From the NCBI RefSeq assembly GCF_001194135.2, contig NC_068986.1, positions 20,050,338-20,087,287 on the forward strand: a DNA stretch of 36,950 nucleotides, read 5' to 3'. Made by a program: the position numbers and the translations under genes. Below the pieces are notes generated by a model that saw only the letters and a program-made list of their open reading frames with translations, did not search any database and was not told the DNA's origin. This document shows positions 22,724 through 33,719 of the stretch, piece by piece. Origin of the DNA: Octopus bimaculoides (taxonomy: Eukaryota). How positions within the stretch are numbered: position 1 is the first letter of the stretch; each line of letters starts with the position of its first letter.

Positions 22724-22779
22724 CTTCATTACTGCCCCGGTTTGTTCCTTATCGCGAATAAACCGGAGCAGTAATGAAG
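22724..22779. other. 24-bp hairpin with 8-nt loop (pre-miRNA-like)
   Basis: CTTCATTACTGCCCCGGTTTGTTC pairs with GAATAAACCGGAGCAGTAATGAAG: 22 Watson-Crick pairs, 1 G-U and 1 mismatch. The hairpin is certain but its function is not. Confidence 0.55.
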
Positions 22780-23249
22780 ACTGTTGTACAATTTTAATTT
22801 AATGGATAATAATACTTGTCGCTATCATTTAAAAAGATTTCAGTGTAGTAAAATCTTTCTACTGGTTTTAAGTAAACAAACGAGTTTACTAAGCATACAA
22901 TGTCAGCTAAATACGACAACGTTATAAAGACTTTACTTGAAAAGTTGTTTTCACAAAGCGCTTGGCATTTCTAAGCTATTATCTTTTTGAGTGTCAAACG
23001 GGAAGATGGAAGTGTATACTCGATCTATGAACAGAAAAAAAGCGCACGCGCACACATGACCATAAGCACACACGTATATATATATATGTACACACATACA
23101 TACAAATACATAAATAAATACGTATGTGTGTGTGTATATATATATATATAAATATAACTACCTACCTATCTATATACCATATATGTGTCTGTGCGCGTGT
23201 TGCTATGTGTATATGCATACATACATACACACACATACATATATATATA

Positions 23250-23600
23250 CTGCAATAAGAAAATGGAGGGGATGAGAGGTGGTATTCATCAACTTTTACA
23301 CAATATATTATATTTATTTATTTTTTCAAAAAACAATTATAACAATATGCATACATGCATAACATATGCTTTACATATATAAAAATACCAGTAATTATTA
23401 AAATATATAACGTAGAACATAGAAAGTAGGGTTAGGGTTATTTTAATAAATACCGGTATTTTTATATAAGTAAAGCATGATATGCTATACATGTATGTAT
23501 ATTGTTATAATTGTTTTTTTTTTTAATGAATAAAGAAATAATATAATGTCTAAAAGTTGATGAATACCACTTCTTGATCCCCTCCATTTTCTTATTGCTG
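23250..23600. mobile_element. Foldback MITE with TA TSD; almost the whole element is an inverted repeat
   Basis: Arms 23250-23405 and 23439-23600 are reverse complements (C(T/A)GCAATAAGAAAATGGAGGGGAT...), with a 33-nt spacer and TA on both flanks. Confidence 0.88.
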
Positions 23601-24164
23601 TATAAATTAAGGGTAAAACAACTTTTTATGTGAAATGTAAGTTAATAGTGTTTAATTAAGATTATTTAGTAAAACTCACTACGTACATTATAATCTTATT
23701 GAATAAAACTAGTAAAAAAATTTTTAAAGGTAGAATACTTATCGGCATAGTGTTTACTCCTTCTAGTTATAGTGCAAATGGCCGCTCCCACTGTCATGCG
23801 TTAAGTTTTATGGAAATAATATAGATCAAATATAACACTCTGAAAAATCCTCTAAAACTAATAATATTAAAGAGGTTGAATTCAAAGGGAGATAATAACT
23901 AGAAATATGTTATATTCTTAAACCTAGTTGTAACTGGATTTTTTTTAATGTTTTAGATTTAGAGATTTATGTTAGATAAATGTAGCCCGTCTATTTCTTT
24001 TAAGGTAATATTGTTTAATAAATTCTTGGTTCTTGGTATATCCGTATATAATACTACTATAAATACTATTATAACTTCTATTAACTATCTTCCTCATAAT
24101 TGTGTAAGAGACGAAATACTGGGCGGTGGGGGGGGGGTTACAATTTTATATATTTCTCATTTTA

Positions 24165-24395
24165 TTATACGTAAAGTAATTCTTATGTCGACATTTTATT
24201 TCCTCTCTCTTCAATGCTGTTCAGTAATAACTCTCTAGACTGGAGTATTTTCATAACTTTGTTGTGCATAATAAGCAAGTTTTATTACCAATTCTATATG
24301 ACTTCGCTCTACAAATAATATTCCAATTAAGGGTGTATCCTATTTTATTAGATTTCAACTCCCATATGTATTTACTTAGACCTGTCGAATTTTAT
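24165..24395 (-). pseudogene. Penelope-like element GIY-YIG endonuclease C-terminus (decayed; possibly Naiad-type)
   Basis: Translates to NSTGLSKYIWELKSNKIGYTLNWNIICRAKSYRIGNKTCLLCTTKL*../LLN../KCRHKNYF, matching the S-x-LSKYIW-x-LK...CxLC...LLN...CRH tail of PLE ORFs. The upstream part is lost in an N-gap. Confidence 0.75.
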
Positions 24396-24856
24396 TATTA
24401 ATATTTTATGAATATTTTATAAATAAATATATATNNNNNNNNNNNNNNNNNNNNNNNNNNNNNNNNNNNNNNNNNNNNNNNNNNNNNNNNNNNNNNNNNN
24501 NNNNNNNNNNNNNNNNNNNNNNNNNNNNNNNNNNNNNNNNNNNNNNNNNNNNNNNNNNNNNNNNNNNNNNNNNNNNNNNNNNNNNNNNNNNNNNNNNNNN
24601 NNNNNNNNNNNNNNNNNNNNNNNNNNNNNNNNNNNNNNNNNNNNNNNNNNNNNNNNNNNNNNNNNNNNNNNNNNNNNNNNNNNNNNNNNNNNNNNNNNNN
24701 NNNNNNNNNNNNNNNNNNNNNNNNNNNNNNNNNNNNNNNNNNNNNNNNNNNNNNNNNNNNNNNNNNNNNNNNNNNNNNNNNNNNNNNNNNNNNNNNNNNN
24801 NNNNNNNNNNNNNNNNNNNNNNNNNNNNNNNNNNNNNNNNNNNNNNNNNNNNNNNN

Positions 24857-25500
24857 ATACAAAGAAAACAAGGACGGGTCATTCGAAGTCTTCTTTCCTC
24901 TGTCGAGTACCAGATTATCTTCGCAATTTCGGCTGATTATACTCGAGATTGCTCCAATCTGGCCAGCGCCAAGGAAAACCTAAGCTAAGAGCATTAGATT
25001 TCTTGGAAGAAAGCAGCGAATGTATACAAAGACAAGGACGGGAAAAAACGAACAATGTACACAAATACAATAAAAAAAATAATAGCAGGACATAACAACA
25101 GGTGTCTTTCGACTAAGGACGAATTAAATTAAGCTGGCGTGTGTGAAAATAAAGCCTTGCGGCAGGGATACAGGATTTCACAGGCACAGGGAAGAATATT
25201 GATGTTACACGCACAACGGCCGCCCAAGAAAGAAAGATCAGGTTTGGCCGAACGCCGGTCACGTGGGAAGAGAAAAGAGAGAGGTAGAGGCAGAGGGACA
25301 AAAAAATTAAGGAGGGGCGAGAAAAAATGATAGGGTCACAGTGAAGTGAAAAGTGGAGGGAAAGTGAGCAAGAAGAGAAGGCAAGAAAATATGAGAGAGG
25401 GGGAACGAAAGTACGAAGAGTGGAATGAACGAATAAGCGTGAATGGGGTGATAGACAGAAATAGAGTCGTACAAGATTTAGAAAAATGTATACTTACATA
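24857..25500. repeat. Unclassified interspersed repeat with internal direct repeat and purine-rich tract
   Basis: ACAAAGA..ACAAGGACGGG recurs at about 24860 and 25026, followed by a strongly AG-rich strand like that at 35570-35720. It lies just across the gap from the PLE fragment. Confidence 0.4.
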
Positions 25501-25921
25501 TAAGAGACCAAAGTGTACGTATGCTGCTATATATGTATATATATATATANNNNNNNNNNNNNNNNNNNNNNNNNNNNNNNNNNNNNNNNNNNNNNNNNNN
25601 NNNNNNNNNNNNNNNNNNNNNNNNNNNNNNNNNNNNNNNNNNNNNNNNNNNNNNNNNNNNNNNNNNNNNNNNNNNNNNNNNNNNNNNNNNNNNNNNNNNN
25701 NNNNNNNNNNNNNNNNNNNNNNNNNNNNNNNNNNNNNNNNNNNNNNNNNNNNNNNNNNNNNNNNNNNNNNNNNNNNNNNNNNNNNNNNNNNNNNNNNNNN
25801 NNNNNNNNNNNNNNNNNNNNNNNNNNNNNNNNNNNNNNNNNNNNNNNNNNNNNNNNNNNNNNNNNNNNNNNNNNNNNNNNNNNNNNNNNNNTATATATAT
25901 ATATAGCGACTTAAAATACTT

Positions 25922-25980
<59 letters not shown>

Positions 25981-26172
25981 AAATGACCTATGAACATTTC
26001 GATGTAATATCCAGAACGATTCATGCATATTATAAATTATAAAATATTATAAAATATGGGATACCACATCTGCCGCATCATTTTGTGCCGCAAAAATGAT
26101 GGTGTTCCTACATACCTTCTCGATGTGTGACAGCGTCAACGAAAGTGAATATGTTTGCCCCTGCGCGTATAT

Positions 26173-26237
<65 letters not shown>

Positions 26238-26385
26238 GGTGTGTTAAAAAGCTCCTGGTGGGTATCACGAAAGGCCTTTGTGGAGGCCGAACTTTCCGAG
26301 TTCGTGCTTTGGATTACTGTATTACTTGTTCTTCTATTGTTCTCATTACTTTTTGGTAGTGGGTAACAAGACTTTCAGGCTACCC

Positions 26386-26438
26386 TGTACATCTAAAAGA
26401 AAGATTGTACATCTAAAAGAAGGATTGTACATCTAAAA
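26386..26438 (+). repeat. 20-bp tandem repeat TGTACATCTAAAAGAA(A/G)GAT, about 2.6 units
   Basis: Seen directly in the sequence. Confidence 0.85.
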
Positions 26439-26574
26439 CTACGTACGGATCTACAGGATTAATTTTAACTGAGAGAGAGTTTACTAATACGTTTTCAAAA
26501 ACAATGCTCAAAGAGGAGCATGCTAAAATACATTGAGATAAAGTTGTAAGTGAGGCCTTTTGGGGTCTGATTTT

Positions 26575-26905
26575 TTAAGTTGTTAGAGCGTCAGGCTCAT
26601 GATCATGAGGTAGTGAGTTCGATTCCCGGACCGGGATGTGTGTTATGTTCTTGAGCAAGACACTTTATTTAACGTTGCTCCAGTTCACTCAGCTGTAGAA
26701 ATGAGTTCCGACGTCCGCCACTGGTGCCAAGCTGTATCGGCCTTTGCCTTTCCCTAGGATAACATTGATGGCATGGAAAGAGAATGCTGGTATGCATGGA
26801 CAACTGCTGGTCTTCCATAATCAACCTTGCCCAGATTTGTACCTCGGAGTGTAACGTTATAGGTGCTATCCCATGGTCGTCCATGACTGAAGGGTGTCCT
26901 CTATA
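26575..26905 (+). mobile_element. CORE-type tRNA SINE with a distinct 3' tail
   Basis: B-box GAGTTCGATTCCC and CORE-like TTCTTGAGCAAGACACTTTATTTAACGTTGCTCCAGTTCACTCAGCTGTAGAAATG. Confidence 0.78.
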
Positions 26906-27279
26906 TGACCTCAAATGCATTCTTGCGATTGATTGTAGCAACTAATGCAGGAAATTCTTTTTATTTGAGGAGCGTGTAAGTGATATAGCGGTTGGGAGCT
27001 GTGTTAGCAAAATAGAAAAAAATATGTATAGTCACAACAAAGTAGCGTGCGACTTAGTCTTTTTGTAAGAACTCGGCAGACATGATTGGGCCTATTTTAG
27101 GCACATTTAATACACGGTCTAAATCCCAGTGGCATAATGATGGCTCTGAAAATAGATATTGCTGTGGTAGACAATTACCCGGATACAATCAGTAGTCTTC
27201 AGTCTTAGGATTCATAGGTGCAGTTATTTCGTTTCCATGCCGTATAAGTGACCGTAATCAAAACACCACCCCTGAACGA

Positions 27280-27443
27280 GACGCCAGTCCATTGCAGGAT
27301 TGCTCTTTTACAGCTAAGAGGACTGGAGCAACGCGAAATGTGGCGTTTTGCTCAGGAACAGAACGCAGTGCACGATCCGGGAATTGAAACCACGATCTGG
27401 CGATCGTCAGTGCAATACCCTAACTTCTAGACCACGCACCTTC
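27280..27443 (-). mobile_element. CORE-type SINE head and core fragment
   Basis: TACAGCTAAGAGGACTGGAGCAACGCGAAATG...GGGAATTGAAACCACG is the reverse complement of the family E head and core. Confidence 0.6.
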
Positions 27444-27524
27444 ATGCCTTCATAGTAGTCAATAATTAAATAACTAAAACTTACTTTCACATTAAAGTTT
27501 CAGTTCCAGGCAATGTTAATCTTC

Positions 27525-27880
27525 TCAAAAATGAAATCTGAGATTATCCAATATCGCAAGTGGAAATCGATATTAAAAGAACGCAGAACAATGAAGCTAG
27601 TTGTCACTGGAACTGTTGGGAGCCTCGTAAAATTAAACAACAGACAACATGAAGATCAGCAGAACAATGAAATCAGTTGTCTTTGGACAACGTCAAGATC
27701 AGCTTCGAGGTAAGCCATTAACTAAACAATAACTGAAGATCGCACTTTTGGGAATTCCTGACATTTTAAGAGAGTTCTTCATAATGAGCTTCAGATCTGT
27801 TGCTGAGACTGATGATTAGTTTATAATTAGCGTCTTGAATGCTGCAAAAAAAGCAGACAAATACAGCGATAATAATTATT
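27525..27880 (+). pseudogene. Decayed 3' end of an RLE-type (R4/Dong-like) non-LTR retrotransposon
   Basis: Translates to ..RTMKLVVTGTVGSL.. and Q*LKIALLGIPDILREFF, resembling the V-x-V-G-x-LG...QK-x-ALLGT-x-x-ILR end of RLE ORFs. It is followed by an (AAC/AAT)n tract. Confidence 0.5.
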
Positions 27881-27931
27881 ATTAGAAGGAAGAATTATAA
27901 CAACAACAACAACTACAAAAACAACAACAAT

Positions 27932-27979
<48 letters not shown>

Positions 27980-28260
27980 TATTATTATTATTATTATTAT
28001 TATTANNNNNNNNNNNNNNNNNNNNNNNNNNNNNNNNNNNNNNNNNNNNNNNNNNNNNNNNNNNNNNNNNNNNNNNNNNNNNNNNNNNNNNNNNNNNNNN
28101 NNNNNNNNNNNNNNNNNNNNNNNNNNNNNNNNNNNNNNNNNNNNNNNNNNNNNNNNNNNNNNNNNNNNNNNNNNNNNNNNNNNNNNNNNNNNNNNNNNNN
28201 NNNNNNNNNNNNNNNNNNNNNNNNNNNNNNNNNNNNNNNNNNNNNNNNNNNNNNNNNNNN

Positions 28261-28428
28261 ATCTTAGTTCATATCAACCTGGAGGTTGGGACCAAACCAG
28301 ATCCCGAACAGTTTAACTGGTCCATCGGTTCAGCGTCCGATGACGCTGTCCAATGGTATCGACCCGCCTCTCCAGGAGCCCGACCGCAAACCTACCGACT
28401 TATCGGCGTTGATTTTAGCCCCTGCAAC
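28261..28428 (-). pseudogene. Second Tx1/L1-clade LINE RT fragment
   Basis: A single frame gives AGAKINADKSVGLRSGSWRGGSIPLDSVIGR*TDGPVKLFGIWFGPNLQVDMN*D, homologous to the VWFGPDL region of the 7620-8400 fragment. It continues into an N-gap. Confidence 0.8.
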
Positions 28429-28449
28429 CGACTAATATTACTTTATAAT

Positions 28450-28575
28450 AATAAGTCTTTCTACTATAGGCACAATGCCTGAAATTTTAGAGGAATTGGC
28501 GATTAGTTCATTATATCGATCCCAGTACCCAGCTGTTACTTATTTTATCGACCTTAAAAAGATGAAAAGTAAAGT
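28450..28575 (-). mobile_element. SINE-C variant 3' fragment
   Basis: CTACTATAGGCACAATGCCTGAAATT...ATCGATCCCAGTACCCAGCTGTTACTTATTTTATCGACC. Confidence 0.65.
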
Positions 28576-28731
28576 AGTGCGGGAGCATCATAGCTATGTG
28601 TTGAGAGGAATTCTTTGAGGTTTGAATAATTCACTTCTGGAAACATGGGTGTTTTGTGCATCATCCTTAAGCAACCCTTATTCAAGGACCCTTTGAACGG
28701 GATGGGCTACTCGACCTGAAGAAAATTCTAA
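28574..28731 (-). mobile_element. Family D internal fragment
   Basis: Matches about 5413-5568. Confidence 0.75.
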
Positions 28732-30039
28732 ATGAATAAAATGAATAAATAAATAAATGAATAAATAAATAAATGAATAAATAGATAAATAAAACTTGTG
28801 ATAGAGACACATGACCTCAAATTTTGGAGAATGAAACAGTCAACCTAAACAACCTCTGTTTCGGAAGAATGACAAGCAAAGTCGATCTCAGCGATCGTTG
28901 CACTCAGAATGGTGATGGCGTAGCTAAATACTGTTAGGTACTTTACCTTATGCACTTTTGCCACCCACAACAAATAAGCCCTCATCGGTGATTGTTCTCC
29001 GCCCTTGGAATAATAAATAGCTTACTACTCAATAATATACAAACTTATAAAGCATTGTTCATACAGTTTCACCAAAACCTTCAAGTTGGCTTATGTATTC
29101 GCAGTAAATTGAAATGAAAATAATTCAGTAATGATTTATATCTCACAAGTCAACTCGAACGACGTTCTTTGCATTTCTGCCAGTTGGTTGCCATTCTCAA
29201 GAAGCAAAAATATTCATTAAATCGCCAAACAAATGAGCTACAATGCCTTTACGAACATTAACATGTCATTCCTCAAATGAATACTATTCATTACATTTGT
29301 TATCTATAATAAGTGTTACACTTGTCTCATCCCTTGTAGAATGGCGTTTACATTTTGTCAAAATTCTAAGCAAGCCTGTTAAAACCGGTTCTACAGTAAT
29401 AAGAAAACAAATGTATTTAAGAAATAAGTAGCAGATGCAATAGCCCTGTCAGTTTTACATTGCTATTTATCTCACATACCTGACGCTTAATCAGAAGTAG
29501 AAATAATAATAATATTCCTGATAATTCCCCAAACCTGCTGAAGTTCATTACGGTGTAAATTTGATAACAACCTTTGCTCCTACTCTCTCTCTGATATAAC
29601 AGCCTTTAAACTCGTACTCAATATAATAACAGTATTACATTATACATGTCTGTAATTGAATTTTATTGAATTCGGTTAATGAAAGAAAAAATCGCTACCT
29701 TTACGGAATTGCCATGCAGAGAATGTTACGATCCTGAGCGGAATGGAAATTAGATGGATCGCATTGTAGATTTCGTAGGATGTTAGATTTAGAGTTAATT
29801 CTATTATAGCCCTACGCATTTTCTGAACGAGGATCACTTCACGATGTAATTTCCACATTGTGATTCTTTTATATAATGCAGCAACCAATATTATTTTGAA
29901 GCGTAGAAGTAAAAATGAACAATGCTACCGTTTTCATCATCGTCGTCGTCGTCGTTGTCGTTTTCTTCATCATCAACATCCTCATCATTATCATCAATTT
30001 TTTAACATTACTGACTCGAACCCTAAGACTCGAAGGGCC

Positions 30040-30262
30040 GGCTATCCAGTCTCCATGGGGCGTAAGTGACAACGACCACAACGTTCCTTCTCAACGGGAT
30101 ACCATTTTATACTCATTTATACTCATTTATAGCTGAGTAAACTGAAGCAACGTGAAATGACGTCACTTGATCAAAAATGCGACGCATCACCAAAACCAGT
30201 AATCGAAACCACAATGTTGCAATTGTGAATGCAGCAACCTAACAACTAGGCCACGTAGTTTC
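30040..30262 (-). mobile_element. Degenerate CORE-type SINE
   Basis: TTTATAGCTGAGTAAACTGAAGCAACGTGAAATG...AATCGAAACCAC. Confidence 0.55.
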
Positions 30263-30455
30263 CGCATTGTTTTCGTAAACGTAAAATGATTCATTCTTTC
30301 ATTCTGTATTATTGTAATATTGACTGAGTATAATTTCTAACGGAAGAGGTCATCAACAAAACAAATTAGTTTTATAGCCGGAAACTAACATTGAACAACT
30401 TGCCTATTGTTTTTTCAAGTAAAGTGATAAATATTTACCAACAATAGGTGCAGGT

Positions 30456-30826
30456 GTTGTTGTTGTTGGCACTTCGTCGCTTACGACGTCGAGGGTTCCA
30501 GTTGATCCAATCACCGGAACAGCCTGCTCGCGAAATTAACGTGCAAGTGGCTGAGCACTCCACAGACACGTGTACCCTTAACGTAGTTCTCGAGGATATT
30601 CAGCATGACACAGTGTGACAAGGCCGGCCCTTTGAATTACAGGCACAACAGAAACAGGAAGTAAGAGTGAGAGAAAGTTGTGGTGAAAGAGAACAGCAGG
30701 GTTCGCTACCAGCCCCTGCCGGAGCCTCGTGCAGATTTAGGTGTTTTCGCCCGGTCTGGGAATCGAAACCGCGATCCTATGAACGCGAGTCCGCTGCCCT
30801 AACTACTGGGCCATTGCGCCTTCACG
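30456..30826 (-). mobile_element. SINE-A inserted in the head of a SINE-B, with 9-bp TSD (1 mismatch)
   Basis: GGTGCAGGT at 30447-30455 and GGCGCAGGT at 30827-30835. It has a small internal deletion relative to the other copies. Confidence 0.9.
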
Positions 30827-31205
30827 GGCGCAGGTATGGCGGTGTGGTAAATAGCTTGCTTACCAACCACGTGGTTCCAGGCTCAGTCCCACTGCGTAGC
30901 ATCTTCAGCAAGTGCCTTCTACTATAGCCTTCGGTCGACCAAGCCTTGTGAGTGGATCTCATAGACGGAAACTGAATGAAGCCTGTGGTGTATGTGTGTG
31001 TGTGTGTGTTTGTGTTTGTCCTCTCACCATCGCTTGACAACCGATGTTAGTTTGTTTACGTCTCCGTACTTTAGCGGTTCGGCAAAAGAGCCCGACAGAA
31101 TAAGTACTACGCTTGCAAAGAATAAGCGTCCTGGGGTCGATTTGTTCGACTAAAGGCGGTGCTCCAGCATGGCCGCAGTCAAATGACTGAAACAAACAAA
31201 AGAAT
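30827..31205 (+). mobile_element. SINE-B (host of the SINE-A insertion)
   Basis: Head-to-tail match to 12128-12568. Confidence 0.9.
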
Positions 31206-31556
31206 ATATCAATGCAATTAAGTATAGGTAATTAAATGAAACATATTGCTCTTCGCTTACGTGATTTTTATGAAACTCTAAAACGATTTTATTTTCGACT
31301 TTTGTATCATTGACGTCATTCCGTTCAAGTCCAACATTTTGCTATCTTATTTCCTCTTAATGTTGACACACAATCATCTTTGACATTGTTATATTTCGGG
31401 AGGTCATTCTTTTCTCTCAAATAAAACAAACACACATACGCACACTATATTCCTTCTTCACTTCAGCATTGGGGGTCGATAAATTAAGTACCAGTTGTGT
31501 ATTGGGGTCGATCAAAAATTTCGGGCCTTGTGCCTAGAGTAGAAAAGATTATTATT

Positions 31557-31915
31557 ACCTTTGCCTTAATGAAGGCGGAGGTATTGTTTTAGTTGTGTGT
31601 GTTTGTTTGTCCGTGGATAAGATATCTCAGGAACCGCTGGATGGATTCGGTTGAAACTCTCAGGGACGTTTGGCCTCATCACTGGCACGAAGTGATTAGA
31701 TTTTGGGATAGATCCAGCACCGGATTCTGGATTATTTTTTTGTTTTTTTATATACTTAATTTTGAGAGCGGTTGGGTTCATTTTTAGTATTCTCGTTTGT
31801 GAGAGCAGTCGAGTTTATTTCAGATATTCTTATTTCAAAAATCATCTCCGGCTAATCGTTGAGAGGATGTTAGTGTTGCGTTGGCGGAGGTTTGCGCTCT
31901 CTGAGTCCGCTTGTT
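31557..31915 (+). mobile_element. Helentron-associated non-autonomous element (HINE/DINE-1-like)
   Basis: 5' ACCTTTGCCTT..AAGGCGGAGGT sub-TIR/inverted repeat, short GTTT repeat, central GATGGATTCGG..GAAAC core, 3' TTGGCGGAGGT sub-TIR and terminal GCGCTCTCTGAGT stem. Confidence 0.7.
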
Positions 31916-31934
31916 ATTTTTATTTTAGTGCCAT

Positions 31935-32028
31935 TTGTTTTAAATCTTTCGTCATACATCCTGTGACATCTGTGGGAGGAAGAGTCAATGAAGAGGTGAC
32001 AAGATGTGTGACGAAAGATTTAAAACAA
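31935..32028. repeat. 37-bp inverted repeat with 20-nt spacer
   Basis: 31935-31971 versus 31992-32028 shows 4 mismatches. The right arm matches 6266-6297. Confidence 0.85.
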
Positions 32029-33029
32029 AGTGATTGGAGTAGTCTAGAATACCAGGAAAACTGGTGACATTTTGCGTCAGCAAAGATAATCCCACGAATT
32101 TCCTTGCAAAGATATATTATTCATATCCCACGTAAACAAACTAGAACAATACAGACTGAAAATAAGTCCTATGAAATACAATAAAACACCTGCAAAGAGA
32201 CTGAACTTGAGGTCCATGATCTTGAAACTCATTATCTCATCATTATCTTATCTAGTTAAACATTTTGCCTTTACTTGTTTAGGGTAGAAATATTTCGACC
32301 TTTTGGTTGATATTTCAATGACTTAGATATTGTAAGCTCTTCATAAATATTTAACTGATATCAAGGAAGATACATAATTCCTCCTAAAATTTCTTTAAAA
32401 AAAATATCTTAGGTTATTCGCTATTATAATTTTCCTATTGGCACTTTTAAAACATCTCATGTATAAAAGAAATGATGATAGTATAGCAACATTTTCCATC
32501 GCAATGAGGTAACCCAGACTTGAATTTGTTATATTAAGGTCGATAAAAAAGGTTACTTTTTTTGATGTGTGCACGTATTTATGTGAATGTGCGAACGTGC
32601 GTATACTTTTTCTGTTTTCTATACATGATATATTCCTGAATGTATCACATATGGATATGCATGTGAACATGGGTCAATACGGACAAACGCAAATTCGCAG
32701 ATCCTTTCAGACTTGAACTGTGTTATTGTAAAAATTGATAAGTCTGTTGATATTTTCCTGTTATGTTTTTTAACCTTGATCATTGCTACAACTTATAGAA
32801 GGTTCAGGGTTCACAATCCCATTGTCTTCACTTATCTGTGCGAAACGTATAGATGATGAACCTAATTGAAACCACTTACGGCGAGATAACAACCATTAAA
32901 GCAATCACTGTAGTTATCTTAAATGTGTTTGTTCACAAGATCTGTGAATTTAATAATTGCTCTGGTGTTTACCACAATTACGTAACAATCTGCATAAACT
33001 TAATATACGTAATATTTTCGAAAGCAAAG

Positions 33030-33360
33030 GAGCGTGGCCTGCTGGTCGGGGCGTTGTACTTAAGCTCGCAAGATCGGGGCTTTGATTCCCGGACCGGATG
33101 ATGCATTGTATTCTTCAGAAATATTTCATTTCACCTAACGAAGTATAAATTTTCAGCTGTAATGAAGTGCAATTTTTCTGCTGTAAATGGGTAACCTTGC
33201 GACGGACTGTCGTACCCTTTAGGGAGAATGCTATAATCTAGGTCACTTATATGCCATAGAAACTAGGGAATGACCCACTTATATGCCATAGAAACCAGGG
33301 AACGTCCAAGGACTCGAGACAGGCATCTCCAGGAGACTTACTTTACTTCTTTCTCTTTAC
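33030..33360 (+). mobile_element. CORE-type SINE (family E) with a tandem duplication of about 31 bp
   Basis: tRNA-like head and CAGCTGTAA..GGGTAACC. CACTTATATGCCATAGAAAC(T/C)AGGGAA occurs twice. Confidence 0.68.
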
Positions 33361-33681
33361 TATATTTTCACTTACTACGAAGAGATTACAAAGATTATTA
33401 AAAGGCCTTTGATAGCTTTCGAGGTGAATGCACTGATGAAATCCCTGAACACGTTATGAATGGAAGCTCAATTACATAAAACTTCTAAGAGAAACGAACT
33501 TCAGATGTTCGGTTGATATGAATCCTAGTCGGGAAGATCTATGATCGAAGGCGTTCCAAAGTGACCATCATCTGCATTTCAGACATTGTGCAACTCAGCC
33601 TTGTTCGAGAAAATTAATGACCAAACATGTGCCTGCTGTAACTATCCTGTCTTGTGTGTGTGTATATATGTGTCTGTGTGT

Positions 33682-33719
<38 letters not shown>

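Noticed and set aside
24253-24258. In-frame TGA in the PLE endonuclease fragment as selenocysteine (reported for some Naiads)
   Set aside because: It is not at a cysteine position of the CxLC/CRH motifs and frameshifts follow, so ordinary decay is the simpler explanation.
26233-26345. CGTGGGTGTGTTAAAAAGCTCC, resembling a mariner-type terminus
   Set aside because: No partner TIR is present in the window and the fragment is too short to classify.
33432-33460. Other CTGANGA or GAAACGTA hits (33432, 17269, 20023, 27733, 28717, 32852)
   Set aside because: They lack a closing stem II plus GAAA in the correct register, so they are not hammerheads.
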